A DNA stretch of 64,000 nucleotides from an uncultured cyanobacterium (lineage in GTDB: Bacteria; Cyanobacteriota; Cyanobacteriia; Leptolyngbyales; Leptolyngbyaceae), in contig CAVYAN010000105.1 of NCBI GenBank assembly GCA_963766075.1, positions 32,001 through 96,000 on the forward strand, in the 5' to 3' direction. Numbering within the stretch: position 1 is the first letter of the stretch; each line of letters begins with the position of its first letter. The notes under the pieces are model-generated. The model was given only the letters and a program-made list of their open reading frames with translations. It did no database searches and was not told the DNA's origin. This document shows positions 22,351-31,579 of the stretch, one piece after another. The position numbers were made by a program, and so were the translations under genes.

Positions 22351-23606
22351 ATGTCTACCCAACCTGAAGTCATTCTCCACAGCGCGTTGCTGCATCAATT
22401 GGTTTTAGACCGGGCCACGATGGAAGAAGTGGGGCGGATTGAGGCCGTGTGGATGTATGTGCCTGCCCATCGGGTGTTAGGCTTTATTTGCAAAGCGGGA
22501 TTTTTGGGTCGGCAGAAGTTTGCCTTTAATCTATCCCAGTTGCACGCGATTGGGGGAACAGTATTCTCGTCACGGGAGACGCCCAAGTCACGGATGGGGA
22601 AAAGGTGCGTCAGTTGGAATCCCTGGTGAATGCGGAGGTCTGGACCGATGCAGGCCGCAAAATTGGCAAAATCACTGACTACCGTTTTGATCGGAACAGT
22701 GGCGAAGTGTCCGACTACTTGCTAACCACGAGTGGACTGAGTGCCGTGACCGATGGGGTGTATCGCTTGCCACCCGGCAAAATTCTCAGTCTGGGACGGC
22801 GCGTGGTCGTGGAAACAGACACTGTGGATCAGCTAGAAATTTATCGGGAAGGAATTAAGCGCAAACTGGGGAAGGTGGGCGAGCTGTTACGGGAAGAGTA
22901 TTCCCAGGTGACGGAGGAGGCTAAGTCCTTGACGCAGCAGGCCAAGTCGGTGACGCAGCGGACCCGCGAGCGGATGCGATTGCTGGCAGAACAGGCAATT
23001 GAAACCTCCCAAACCCTCGCGGAGCAGGCCAAGGAAACCAGCCAACGCCTCGCGGAACAGGTGAAGGAGCAGGCAGAAATCCTAAGGGAAGAGCTGGCCG
23101 AAGATGTAGCAGCCAACCGCGATCGCGAAGCCGTCCATACTCCCCCCCCGGAAACCGATTGGCTGGAGGAGGACTGGGACATTGAAACGCCGCCAACCAC
23201 CCCGCCAACTTACCAGCCGCCCGTAGTAAAATCCGTGCCTCCCGAGGCACCGCGATCGACAGACAGGCATGAGTCGCCCCCCGTATCGCCAGAGGTGATG
23301 ACCGATCGCGCTAGCAACAACGAGGGCGACAGTGACAGTTGGGACGATGGTTGGGACATTGAGACGCCGCCACCTCAACCCTTGCCACCCCGCACGATTG
23401 ATACCGTGGCCACGGTGACCACCGATTTTTCAGTACCTCTGCCGGATTCAATCTTGGAAGATGACTTTTGGGATATTGAAACACCGCCGGAAACCCCGAC
23501 CGTATTAAACTCTGGACCAGTCCCCTCAGAACCTTTGCCCTCAGAGCCAGTCCCCTCAGAGCCATTACCCTCAGAACCCTTACCCTCAGAGCCATTACCT
23601 GATTGA
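22351..23606 (+). CDS. PRC-barrel domain protein with acidic/Pro-rich tail, split by a frameshift at 22552-22556
   Basis: Two PRC-like repeats. Adding one G to the G5 run gives IGGNSILVTGD...KVRQLESLV and joins the two ORFs. The C-terminus carries 15-bp (PLPSE) repeats. Confidence 0.75.
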
Positions 23607-23611
23607 GTCAA

Positions 23612-24235
23612 CTACGTACTCAGCCAAGAGATCGCTAACCGAATCCACTCTTCCGCATTGGCCGTCTTGGAGAGGGTACTGCTTTGGCCAACGGCCTGGA
23701 GGGCCTTAGAAATTTCGCTGTTCGTATAGCCCAGCGCCAACAGAGTCATTTCCACATCTTCCTGGATATTCGCCACGGGGCCAGCGGTGGGGATGGTGCT
23801 TAGCCCAGCTTCCTGCCGCCATTCAGCCAGCTTGGTACGCAGTTCTAGCGCGATTCGTTCCGCCGTTTTTGCCCCCACTCCCGGCGTTTTGGCCAGAACA
23901 CGGGTATTGCCCGCGACGATCGCTTGCACCAGATCATGCAGGCCCAGGGTGTCCAGCAAGGCCATGGCTAACTGCGGCCCAATGCCGCTAACGCTGACCA
24001 ATTGCCGAAATAAGTCCCGTTCCGCTGCAGTGCCAAACCCAAACAGGGTGACCTGATCCTCACGCAAATTCAAATGGGTAAACACCTGGACAGCCTCACC
24101 CACCGATGGAAATTCCTGCATCAGGCGCGGTGTAATTTGCACGTCGTACCCAACATGGTTGACATCTAGAGTCAGGATGATGCGGTTATTACTTTTGAGA
24201 TAGCTGGCAATGGAGCCTTTGAGGTAACCGATCAT
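23612..24235 (-). CDS. ruvA: Holliday junction branch migration protein RuvA
   Basis: Motifs MIGYLKG, VGYDV, VSGIGPQLA, PGVGAKTAERIALEL and LLALGY. Confidence 0.96.
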   Translation of the reverse strand: MIGYLKGSIASYLKSNNRIILTLDVNHVGYDVQITPRLMQEFPSVGEAVQVFTHLNLREDQVTLFGFGTAAERDLFRQLVSVSGIGPQLAMALLDTLGLHDLVQAIVAGNTRVLAKTPGVGAKTAERIALELRTKLAEWRQEAGLSTIPTAGPVANIQEDVEMTLLALGYTNSEISKALQAVGQSSTLSKTANAEEWIRLAISWLST

Positions 24236-24247
24236 GGGTGCAACCGC

Positions 24248-24994
24248 CTATAAAAAGCCGAAGTATTGTAGCCCTTCAATCATGCCAGCGGCGCAGTGCG
24301 CCGTAGCCAGATAGCGGTTGGATTGGGGATGGGCGTGGTGCCAGCGCAGCAGTTCGGGCAGGGCGTTGCCGACAATGATGCCAAACTCCGGACGATTGGC
24401 GAAGAGGGCGATGTCGTTGCCGGAGTCGCCACAGGCAATGGTGCGATCGCTGGGAATGCCCCAATGGTCCCGCACGTAGGACATAGCCTTGCCCTTGTTG
24501 GCTTGGCTAGGCAGGATATCCAGGTCTTTATTGCCGCTGTAAATGAGTTGAATGTCGAGTCCGCATTCGCGCAGGGCCGATTTCAGTTGGGGCAGGATTT
24601 CTGTGGCCCGGTGAGGCGTAACCGTATAGCTGACTTTGAAAGGGCGCTGTTCCGAGTCAGGCTGGGGAATCAGGGCGGGGAAGTGGGAGGCAGTAGCAAC
24701 CACCAGCTCTCGGTCCCATTGGTGATGCAGTGAATTTGACCAAGCCGGGTCAGGCTCGAGGGTTTGGGCGTGGTAGATTTCGGTGCCCACCGCCGTAATG
24801 AGGATATCGGGTTCAATCAGTTCTTTTTCTGTGGTGAGCTGTTGGTAGCTGGTGCGCGATCGCCCCGTGGTGTAGACAATCCGCGTGCCGTATTCCCAGC
24901 GGTGCCATTCCAGGTGGGCGTTCAGGTCTGCCATTGCTGCATCATCACCCACCAGGGTGTGGTCTAAGTCGGTGACGAGGAGAAAGGCTTTCAC
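24248..24994 (-). CDS. spp: Sucrose-phosphate phosphatase (HAD-IIB)
   Basis: Motifs LVTDLDHTLVGD, TGRS, EQRPFKVSY, ANKG and ACGDSGND. Confidence 0.9.
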   Translation of the reverse strand: MKAFLLVTDLDHTLVGDDAAMADLNAHLEWHRWEYGTRIVYTTGRSRTSYQQLTTEKELIEPDILITAVGTEIYHAQTLEPDPAWSNSLHHQWDRELVVATASHFPALIPQPDSEQRPFKVSYTVTPHRATEILPQLKSALRECGLDIQLIYSGNKDLDILPSQANKGKAMSYVRDHWGIPSDRTIACGDSGNDIALFANRPEFGIIVGNALPELLRWHHAHPQSNRYLATAHCAAGMIEGLQYFGFL

Positions 24995-25146
24995 AAAGAG
25001 GGTACAGTAAACAGTCCAAAGTGTTTAATACCCTAGCAAAGGTCGTTAACAGAGCAGTGGAAGAGGATGTTTAGATTTTGGATTTTGGCGTCAGGTCTCT
25101 CGACGAATCACCCTAAACTGAAACAGTTCTTTCGTGTAGGCACTGC

Positions 25147-26517
25147 ATGATACCGGGGCTTCGGAAGAGGGTAGCGTGGTTTCCGCAACTGGACTATCAA
25201 GTCTGGATTTTGTCTCTGGGGCGATTGTTATCCCAAATGGGGTCGGGGTTTACGCTGTTTTATGCCCCGATTTTCTTTGTGAATCAGGTGGGACTGTCGG
25301 CAACTCAGGTGGGATTGGGATTGGGCAGTGCGTCAATTTCAGGCGTGGTCGGTCGGTTTTTGGGTGGATCATGGAGCGATTCGCCTCAGTGGGGCCGCAA
25401 ACGGGTCATTCTGCTAGCGGCGGTGGTGTCGGCGATCGCCTCCTTTGTCTTGGCTTTGGCCACAGACTATCCCACGTTTGTGCTGGGAAATTTGCTGATG
25501 GGGCTGGGCATCGGACTCTATTGGCCGCCGATGGAAGCGCTGGTGGCGGATCTGACCCCGCCGGAGCAGCGGACAGAAGCCTATGCGATTTCGCGATTGT
25601 GCGACAGTTTGGGACTGGGCGTGGGCGTGGTGCTGGGTGGCATGCTGATTCGGCTGAGCGGGGCCTATCGGGCCTTGTTTACGATTGATGGAATTTCATT
25701 TTTGGTTTTGTTTGCCGTGGTGTATTGGGCGATCGCGAATACTCGGCCACCGGACAGTCAGCATGGGACCGTTAGCGGTTGGCTTTTGGCCTTGGGCGAT
25801 CGCCGATTGCTGATGTTTGCGATCGCCAACATTTTGTTCACCCTTTACCTCGTGCAGGTCAGCAGTACGATCCCGCTCTACTTCACCAATTTTTTGCCGG
25901 TGGCCGATGGCATAACAGCAGCGGGAGCCGCGCCCTCTGAGGTCATTGCGACAGGGGGCATGACAGCCAGAACCACAGGCGCGGCAGTCACAGGCACAGG
26001 TGTGATGGCCGCAGCCAGCCATGGATTTTCGCCAATGATATTAAGCGCGCTGTTTACCTGGCATTTAGCCGCTTCTGTCATCCTCCAAGTGCCCGCTGCC
26101 CGCATCCTCCGCCGATATGATCACACCGTTGGGCTAATCCTATCGGCAGGCTTTTGGGCACTGGGGTTTGGCGCGGTGTGGCTAACGGGCGTCGCGAGCG
26201 GGGGACAGTTAGTCTGGGCTGTCGCGGCGATGCTCATTTTGGCCCTGGGCACGGTGACCTATATGCCAACGGCCTCGGCCATTGTGATTGACTTGGCCCC
26301 GGAATCGCTGCGCGGGGTGTATTTGGCGGTTAATTCCCAATGCTGGGCGATCGGCTATTTGATTGGTCCACCCTTGGGAGGATGGGCGCTAGATCACTCT
26401 AAATCCACTGCGGATGGGTTTTGGTTAGGATTGGCAGCCAGCGTGGTCGGGGCGATCGGTGTTTTGCTAAGATTGCGCCGGATGATGGCCCATCCTGTGA
26501 TTTCTAGGCATCCGTGA
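25147..26517 (+). CDS. MFS transporter
   Basis: About 12 hydrophobic segments, with GGSWSD...GRKRV motif A and DLAPESLRG. Confidence 0.9.
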   Translation: MIPGLRKRVAWFPQLDYQVWILSLGRLLSQMGSGFTLFYAPIFFVNQVGLSATQVGLGLGSASISGVVGRFLGGSWSDSPQWGRKRVILLAAVVSAIASFVLALATDYPTFVLGNLLMGLGIGLYWPPMEALVADLTPPEQRTEAYAISRLCDSLGLGVGVVLGGMLIRLSGAYRALFTIDGISFLVLFAVVYWAIANTRPPDSQHGTVSGWLLALGDRRLLMFAIANILFTLYLVQVSSTIPLYFTNFLPVADGITAAGAAPSEVIATGGMTARTTGAAVTGTGVMAAASHGFSPMILSALFTWHLAASVILQVPAARILRRYDHTVGLILSAGFWALGFGAVWLTGVASGGQLVWAVAAMLILALGTVTYMPTASAIVIDLAPESLRGVYLAVNSQCWAIGYLIGPPLGGWALDHSKSTADGFWLGLAASVVGAIGVLLRLRRMMAHPVISRHP

Positions 26518-26581
26518 TTTCTAGGTATCCGCAATTTCCAAGCATCCGCAATTTCCAAGCATCCATGATTTCCAGGCATCC
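26497..26581. repeat. 17-bp tandem repeat, 5 copies, spanning the MFS stop codon
   Basis: Units GTGATTTCTAGGCATCC / GCAATTTCCAAGCATCC. Confidence 0.9.
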
Positions 26582-26692
26582 GTCAGCCCGAGTTCGGTTC
26601 TACCCACTCGCCGGTTTCGTTTTCCTAAGACACAATAGGAGCAACAAAGACCATTGCGATGCGCCATTTAGAGGCAGTAGAGGTTCCAAAAC

Positions 26693-27019
26693 GTGAACAA
26701 CTCCAATCGAGTTCCGGAATACCTGGACGGGACAGCGGAAGCGGGCAATCAATTAATGAACTATGTTCAGTCCCTCAGTCCAGATACCATTGCCCAATTG
26801 TCCCGTCCGGCATCCAAAGAGGCGTTTCAAGTCATGGAGCGCAATATTGTCGGATTATTAGGCGGACTACCCAGCGAAGAGTTCGATGTCACCATTACCA
26901 CCAATCGAGAAAATTTGGGGCGACTGTTAGCATCGGCCATGATGAGTGGCTATTTTCTGCGGAATGCGGAGCAGCGCATGGCGCTGGAGCATGCTGTACT
27001 GGGTGAACCGTCTCTCTAA
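26693..27019 (+). CDS. DUF760-like conserved cyanobacterial protein
   Basis: Reads LMNYVQSLSPDTIAQLSRPAS...MERNIVGLLGGLP...LASAMMSGYFLRNAEQRM. Confidence 0.8.
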   Translation: MNNSNRVPEYLDGTAEAGNQLMNYVQSLSPDTIAQLSRPASKEAFQVMERNIVGLLGGLPSEEFDVTITTNRENLGRLLASAMMSGYFLRNAEQRMALEHAVLGEPSL

Positions 27020-27031
27020 CCCTCATTCACC

Positions 27032-28156
27032 ATGCCTGCACAGCCAACATCGAAGTCGGTGGCCCAGTTTCCGGGGTTGCCGACTGAGCTATGGGCAGAT
27101 TTACGCATCAGTTTACTGGACTGGTATGGCTTCCAGGGGCGGGATTTGCCTTGGCGCAGGACACGAGATCCCTATGCGATCTGGATTTCGGAGATCATGC
27201 TGCAACAAACCCAGGTGAAGACGGTGCTGGCGTATTACGATCGCTGGCTGACGGCTTTTCCCACGGTACAGGACTTGGCAGCGGCAGACCAGCAGCAGGT
27301 TTTGAAGCTGTGGCAGGGCTTGGGGTACTATGCCCGCGCCCGCAACCTGCATCGGACAGCCCAGGCCATCGTTCACCAGCATGGCGGCCAGTTTCCCCCG
27401 TCGATGGCAGAGGCAATGCAACTCCCCGGCATTGGCCGCACCACGGCGGGGGGAATTTTGAGTGCCGCTTTTGATCTGCCGGTGGCGATTTTAGATGGTA
27501 ATGTAAAGCGGGTATTGGCACGGCTGACGGCATTGCCTGTACCGCCCGCCCAGGCGATCGCCCATCTCTGGCAAATTTCAGAAGCCTTACTGGATCAGCG
27601 ATCTCCGCGCGACTTCAACCAAGCCCTGATGGACTTGGGCGCAACGGTCTGCACACCCAAACAGCCCACCTGTTCAGCCTGTCCCTGGACTCCATTTTGT
27701 CAAGCCTACCAATTAGACATGCAATCGAATCTACCGATCAAAGAAACCCATAATCCGATTCCTCGCAAAATCATTGGTGTCGCCGTCATTTGGAATGAAC
27801 AGCACCAAATTTTAATTGATCGCCGCAAACAAGAGGGCCTCTTGGGCGGACTGTGGGAATTCCCCGGTGGCAAAGTGGAAGCAGGCGAAACCATCCCCGA
27901 CTGCATCAAACGCGAAATCCAAGAAGAACTCGCGATCTACATCGCTGTGGGCGATCATCTGATCACCGTCGAACATGCCTATAGCCACTTTCGCGTTTCG
28001 CTGAACGTTTACCACTGTCGCTATCTCAGCGGTGAACCCCAAGCGATCGCCTGTGATGAAATTCGCTGGGTCACCCTGGCGGAAATCGATCAGTTTCCCT
28101 TTCCCACTGCCAATGTCAAAATCATTGAAGCGCTACGGCAAGAAATGCAAAATTAA
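27032..28156 (+). CDS. mutY: A/G-specific adenine glycosylase with C-terminal NUDIX domain
   Basis: Motifs RDLPWR, SEIMLQQTQV, WQGLGYYARARNL, LPGIGRTTA, DGNVKRV and the Fe-S motif C-x6-C-x2-C-x5-C. Confidence 0.95.
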   Translation: MPAQPTSKSVAQFPGLPTELWADLRISLLDWYGFQGRDLPWRRTRDPYAIWISEIMLQQTQVKTVLAYYDRWLTAFPTVQDLAAADQQQVLKLWQGLGYYARARNLHRTAQAIVHQHGGQFPPSMAEAMQLPGIGRTTAGGILSAAFDLPVAILDGNVKRVLARLTALPVPPAQAIAHLWQISEALLDQRSPRDFNQALMDLGATVCTPKQPTCSACPWTPFCQAYQLDMQSNLPIKETHNPIPRKIIGVAVIWNEQHQILIDRRKQEGLLGGLWEFPGGKVEAGETIPDCIKREIQEELAIYIAVGDHLITVEHAYSHFRVSLNVYHCRYLSGEPQAIACDEIRWVTLAEIDQFPFPTANVKIIEALRQEMQN

Positions 28157-28198
28157 AATGTGGCGATCGCCTCAAATCTTTAGTTTTTAATCTTTAAT

Positions 28199-29370
28199 TC
28201 AGCCAAACCGACTCGGTAATAACTGGGCCAGCAAATTATCGGGTTTTCCAGTCCTTGCCTGGGCCGCAAAGCGTTGGGCTAGGGGGGGCACGATCGCCCA
28301 CGGATTGTTAAATCCTGAAAATACTTGCACCCCTTCGACGCCGGGGATAGATCCGATCAAGGGCAGGCGATCGCCGCTAAAGGCCACCAAACATTTCGAC
28401 CATGTTCCCGGCAGAGTTTTGAGGGTGGGCATAATCCGACCAATGCTGTCTCGCAGCAGGGCTTCGCTGGCAGCGGCATCCACGGTGGCCTGGGGATCGG
28501 TCAATGTTCGACTAATTTGGCCAATGCGCAGGCGACCATCCGGCAACTGCACAACTCCCGCATCAATGATGTATTCCGCCGCTTCCTGACCGGGCTCATC
28601 CCAAAGGGCATCATTTTGGGTGGCGGTAGCTTCCATGGCAAACCGGGCAGTGACGGCGGGCATCACCAAGGTCTTCAGCCGGAAATCCACCGGCGGCGTA
28701 TCGATCACTTCGGCATGGGTAAAGTAGGTGCGGACAGGAATCTCAGCATCATGCAGCAGCGATCGCGTCCAGCCTCCGGCGCACACGACCACCTGTTCGC
28801 TGTAGAACGATTGCCCATCGGCAACGACTCCGGTGACCTGGGACGCATCGCCCCGCAGCAGCCCGGTGACGCGGCCCAATTGGTAGGTGCCCCCCGGCGC
28901 TGAAATGCCTGAAGATAGGCGCGGGTGGTGGCGATCGGATCGATGCGGCCATGCTTGACGGTGAGGGCAGCGGCGATCGCTCGGGGATTCAGCAACGGTT
29001 CCAGGGCACAGGCGGCGGCGACATCCAGCAGGCGGGGCGGCAGGGCAAAGTGGGCATAGGAGGCCGCAATGGCCTGGGGATCGGCATCTGCCGGAATGGT
29101 TAACAGCAGGTCGCCATCCACAAAATGAGTGGAAGCGGCCAATTCGTCACTCAGCGATCGGTGGCGCGCAATGCCTTCAGCGCAGAGCTGCCGGGTCAGC
29201 TCCGTCGTACCGGACCAGTAAGCAATGCCGCCGTAGCTATACCGGGTGGCACTGGGAAACTCTGCCGCCTGTTCCAGCAGCAACACCGAAAACCCCTGGC
29301 TGACCAGTTCATAGCTCAGCGCCGCCCCGGTCATCCCCGCGCCAATCACAATCCAGTCATAGGTGGCCAT
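28199..29370 (-). CDS. FAD-dependent oxidoreductase (DAO/glycine oxidase-like), frameshift at 28890-28895
   Basis: N-terminal IVIGAGMTG, and VVVCAGGW and GDRLPLIG in the downstream frame. One extra base in the 6-nt homopolymer restores RRGGTYQLGR. Confidence 0.82.
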
Positions 29371-29453
29371 TACCCATTTCCTCGATACAACAATTCGAGC
29401 GATCGCCCCTGCTCTCTCCCCAGAATCAGACCGCAGCCTTCAGAGGCGTATCC

Positions 29454-29467
29454 GTATCTTCTACTAC
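29454..29467 (+). promoter_or_regulatory. Putative NtcA activation site
   Basis: GTATCTTCTACTAC(A), with a -10-like AACAAT 22 nt downstream. Confidence 0.45.
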
Positions 29468-29562
29468 ATTCCAGACTGGGAATTGCTGAAACAATCGATT
29501 CACTTGTGACATGCACGTGACATTCTTATACCATGCATGTGGAATTCTTAGAGGAGTGAACG

Positions 29563-30750
29563 TTGAATACTAAGCGTCGTACCGTAATTCGAGGGTTGCT
29601 GGCCGCCGGGGCCTTTGGAGCCACATCAAAACTGTGGACAGGCTGCACCCCTGCACCCACGCCCCAGGCAGGCTCCGGCAGTCCCACCCCAGCCAATTCC
29701 CCTGCCGCAGGCAAGGAAATCGTCATGGGCTTCATCTATGTCGGTCCCAAGGACGACTATGGGTGGAACCAGGCGCACTTTGAAGGGAAGGAAGGCGTAG
29801 CCAAGCTCCCCGGTGTGAAAACCGTGGATCAGGCCAGTGTGCCGGAAACCAAGGATGTTCAGGAAGCCATGCTGAGCATGATCAACCAAGAGGGAGCCAC
29901 GGTTATCTTCCCCACCTCCTTTGGCTATTTTGATCCCCATATTCTAGAGGTGGCCAAAGCCAATCCGACGGTCCAGTTTTTCCACGCGGGTGGACTCTAC
30001 GACGAAACCAAGCACCCCAAAAACGTGGGCAGCTATTTTGCCTATATTGACGAAGCGCAGTACGTCGCGGGCATCGTCGCGGGCAACATGACGAAAAGCA
30101 ACAAGCTGGGCTTTGTCGCGGCCAAGCCGATTCCCCAGGTGGTACGCAATATCAATAGCTTTACCCTCGGGGCCAAGAGCGTCAATCCCAAAATCACGAC
30201 GCAGGTGGTCTTTACCGGCGACTGGTCGCTGCCTGTGAAAGAAGCCGAAGCCGCGAACAGCATGGCGGATCAGGGGGTTGATGTGATTACCTGCCACGTC
30301 GATAGTCCCAAGGTGGTGATCGAAACGGCGGAACGGCGTGGTATTTTCTGCACGGGCTATCACACCAACCAGATCAAGCTGGCTCCCAAGGGCTATTTGA
30401 CCGGGGCTGAGTGGGATTGGTCCAGCATCTATACAACCTATGCCAAGCTGATTCAGGATGGCAAAACGCTGATGGATGGTGGGATTCCCCACTTGGTGCG
30501 GGGGGGCTACAAGGAAGGCTATGTGAAGGTTTCTGATTATGGTCCGGCGGTATCGGCAAAAGCCAAAACCGATGCGGAAGCGGCTAAGGCAAAGTTGAAG
30601 GATGAAACCCTGATCATTTACCAAGGACCGCTGAAGGATAATACGGGCAAGGAAGTGATTCCTGCGGGTAAGGGGTTCAAGCAAAAGGACACCGAACTGG
30701 AAAAGATGGATTGGCTTGTGGATGGGGTGCTGGGTAGCACCAAGAGTTAA
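29563..30750 (+). CDS. BMP-family ABC transporter substrate-binding lipoprotein
   Basis: Twin-arginine/lipoprotein N-terminus (KRR...TGC), plus GFIYVGPKDDYGWNQAH, TSFGY and RNINSFTLGA. Confidence 0.9.
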   Translation: MNTKRRTVIRGLLAAGAFGATSKLWTGCTPAPTPQAGSGSPTPANSPAAGKEIVMGFIYVGPKDDYGWNQAHFEGKEGVAKLPGVKTVDQASVPETKDVQEAMLSMINQEGATVIFPTSFGYFDPHILEVAKANPTVQFFHAGGLYDETKHPKNVGSYFAYIDEAQYVAGIVAGNMTKSNKLGFVAAKPIPQVVRNINSFTLGAKSVNPKITTQVVFTGDWSLPVKEAEAANSMADQGVDVITCHVDSPKVVIETAERRGIFCTGYHTNQIKLAPKGYLTGAEWDWSSIYTTYAKLIQDGKTLMDGGIPHLVRGGYKEGYVKVSDYGPAVSAKAKTDAEAAKAKLKDETLIIYQGPLKDNTGKEVIPAGKGFKQKDTELEKMDWLVDGVLGSTKS

Positions 30751-30810
30751 TTAACTGATTGGTGATTAACTGATTGGCGATTAACTGATTGGCGTTTAAC
30801 TGATTGACGA
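30751..30810. repeat. 15-bp tandem repeat, 4 copies, directly after the BMP stop
   Basis: TTAACTGATTGGTGA-like units. Confidence 0.92.
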
Positions 30811-30898
30811 TTGCGCAATTACATCGTGATTACATATCGTGATTGCATTACGTGTGCATTAGCGAATCAGTTCAAGATTCAGTTCAAGATAACGTGAC

Positions 30899-30930
30899 AA
30901 AAGATGGGTGCAGGAAACACCCATCTTTTT
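30899..30930 (+). terminator. Intrinsic terminator
   Basis: AAAAGATGGGTG-loop-CACCCATCTTTTT. Confidence 0.75.
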
Positions 30931-31052
30931 GTTTGCGCAGCGCTGTGAAAACTTTGGCTACTCCCTACCCCTCAATAACTACACCGTTGTGGCAGTGCGC
31001 GCACTTTTGGTTTTTCTAAGTGATTTATCCACAGTGATTTATGCACGGTGAT

Positions 31053-31285
31053 TTATCCACGCCACAGATATTCAGTGAGCTGTCGCCCGACCCGGCGCTC
31101 AACGACCGGATCGGCGGGCAAGTTCCAGCGGATGGATTGATAGAGCGAATGGCGATAGAGATCAAAGGCGGCTTCGATCAGTTCACCATAGGTGGTGGCA
31201 GCGGCGATCGCCCACCCATAGGCAAACCGCGCCGAGAATAGACCGAGGAGTGGCCACAGGCTCCAGAGCGTTCCAGACCATGGGA
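31053..31285 (-). pseudogene. 5'-truncated C-terminal fragment of a membrane-associated hypothetical protein
   Basis: Protein-like reading ([42 protein letters not shown]...LWRG*) with no credible start. It abuts the vapC remnant. Confidence 0.5.
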
Positions 31286-31289
31286 GTGG

Positions 31290-31428
31290 CAGCAAAAAAT
31301 CCGAGTTGGTACTCAAGTCCTGCGAATTGCATCCATTGCCCTTTCTGTGGGTGGGGTTGCTATTACCCGCAATCGCCGGGATTTTGAGCAGGTATCAGGT
31401 TTGTCGATCTGAGGACTGGTCGATCGCC
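31290..31428 (+). pseudogene. C-terminal remnant of a PIN/VapC toxin gene
   Basis: Reads [40 protein letters not shown], then +1 frame EDWS. This matches the VapC C-terminal pattern D.LIA.IA.....VTRN..DF..VPGL..EDW, but the conserved Asp is replaced. Confidence 0.75.
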
Positions 31429-31579
31429 TGCTGAGTTTGCCCGGAGTCGCAAATACGATGGGTCAATCGCCCCTTCCAACTATCCATATTGCTGAAAACC
31501 GCATAACCTCTCTGGGCTGAGAGGGATAAGTTAGCGGCGGGATGGTACTGTTGAGCTTAAGCGACTGGAGGATTTGCGG

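Noticed and set aside
26497..30810. Short tandem arrays at 26497 and 30751 as mini-CRISPRs
   Set aside because: The units are 15-17 bp and directly adjacent, with no spacers.
31020..31061. Three DnaA-box-like 9-mers (TTATCCACA at 31025, TTATGCACG, TTATCCACG) suggesting a replication origin
   Set aside because: They arise from a 14-bp tandem duplication at the end of a gene remnant. There is no dnaA, dnaN or rep gene and no clear unwinding element nearby.
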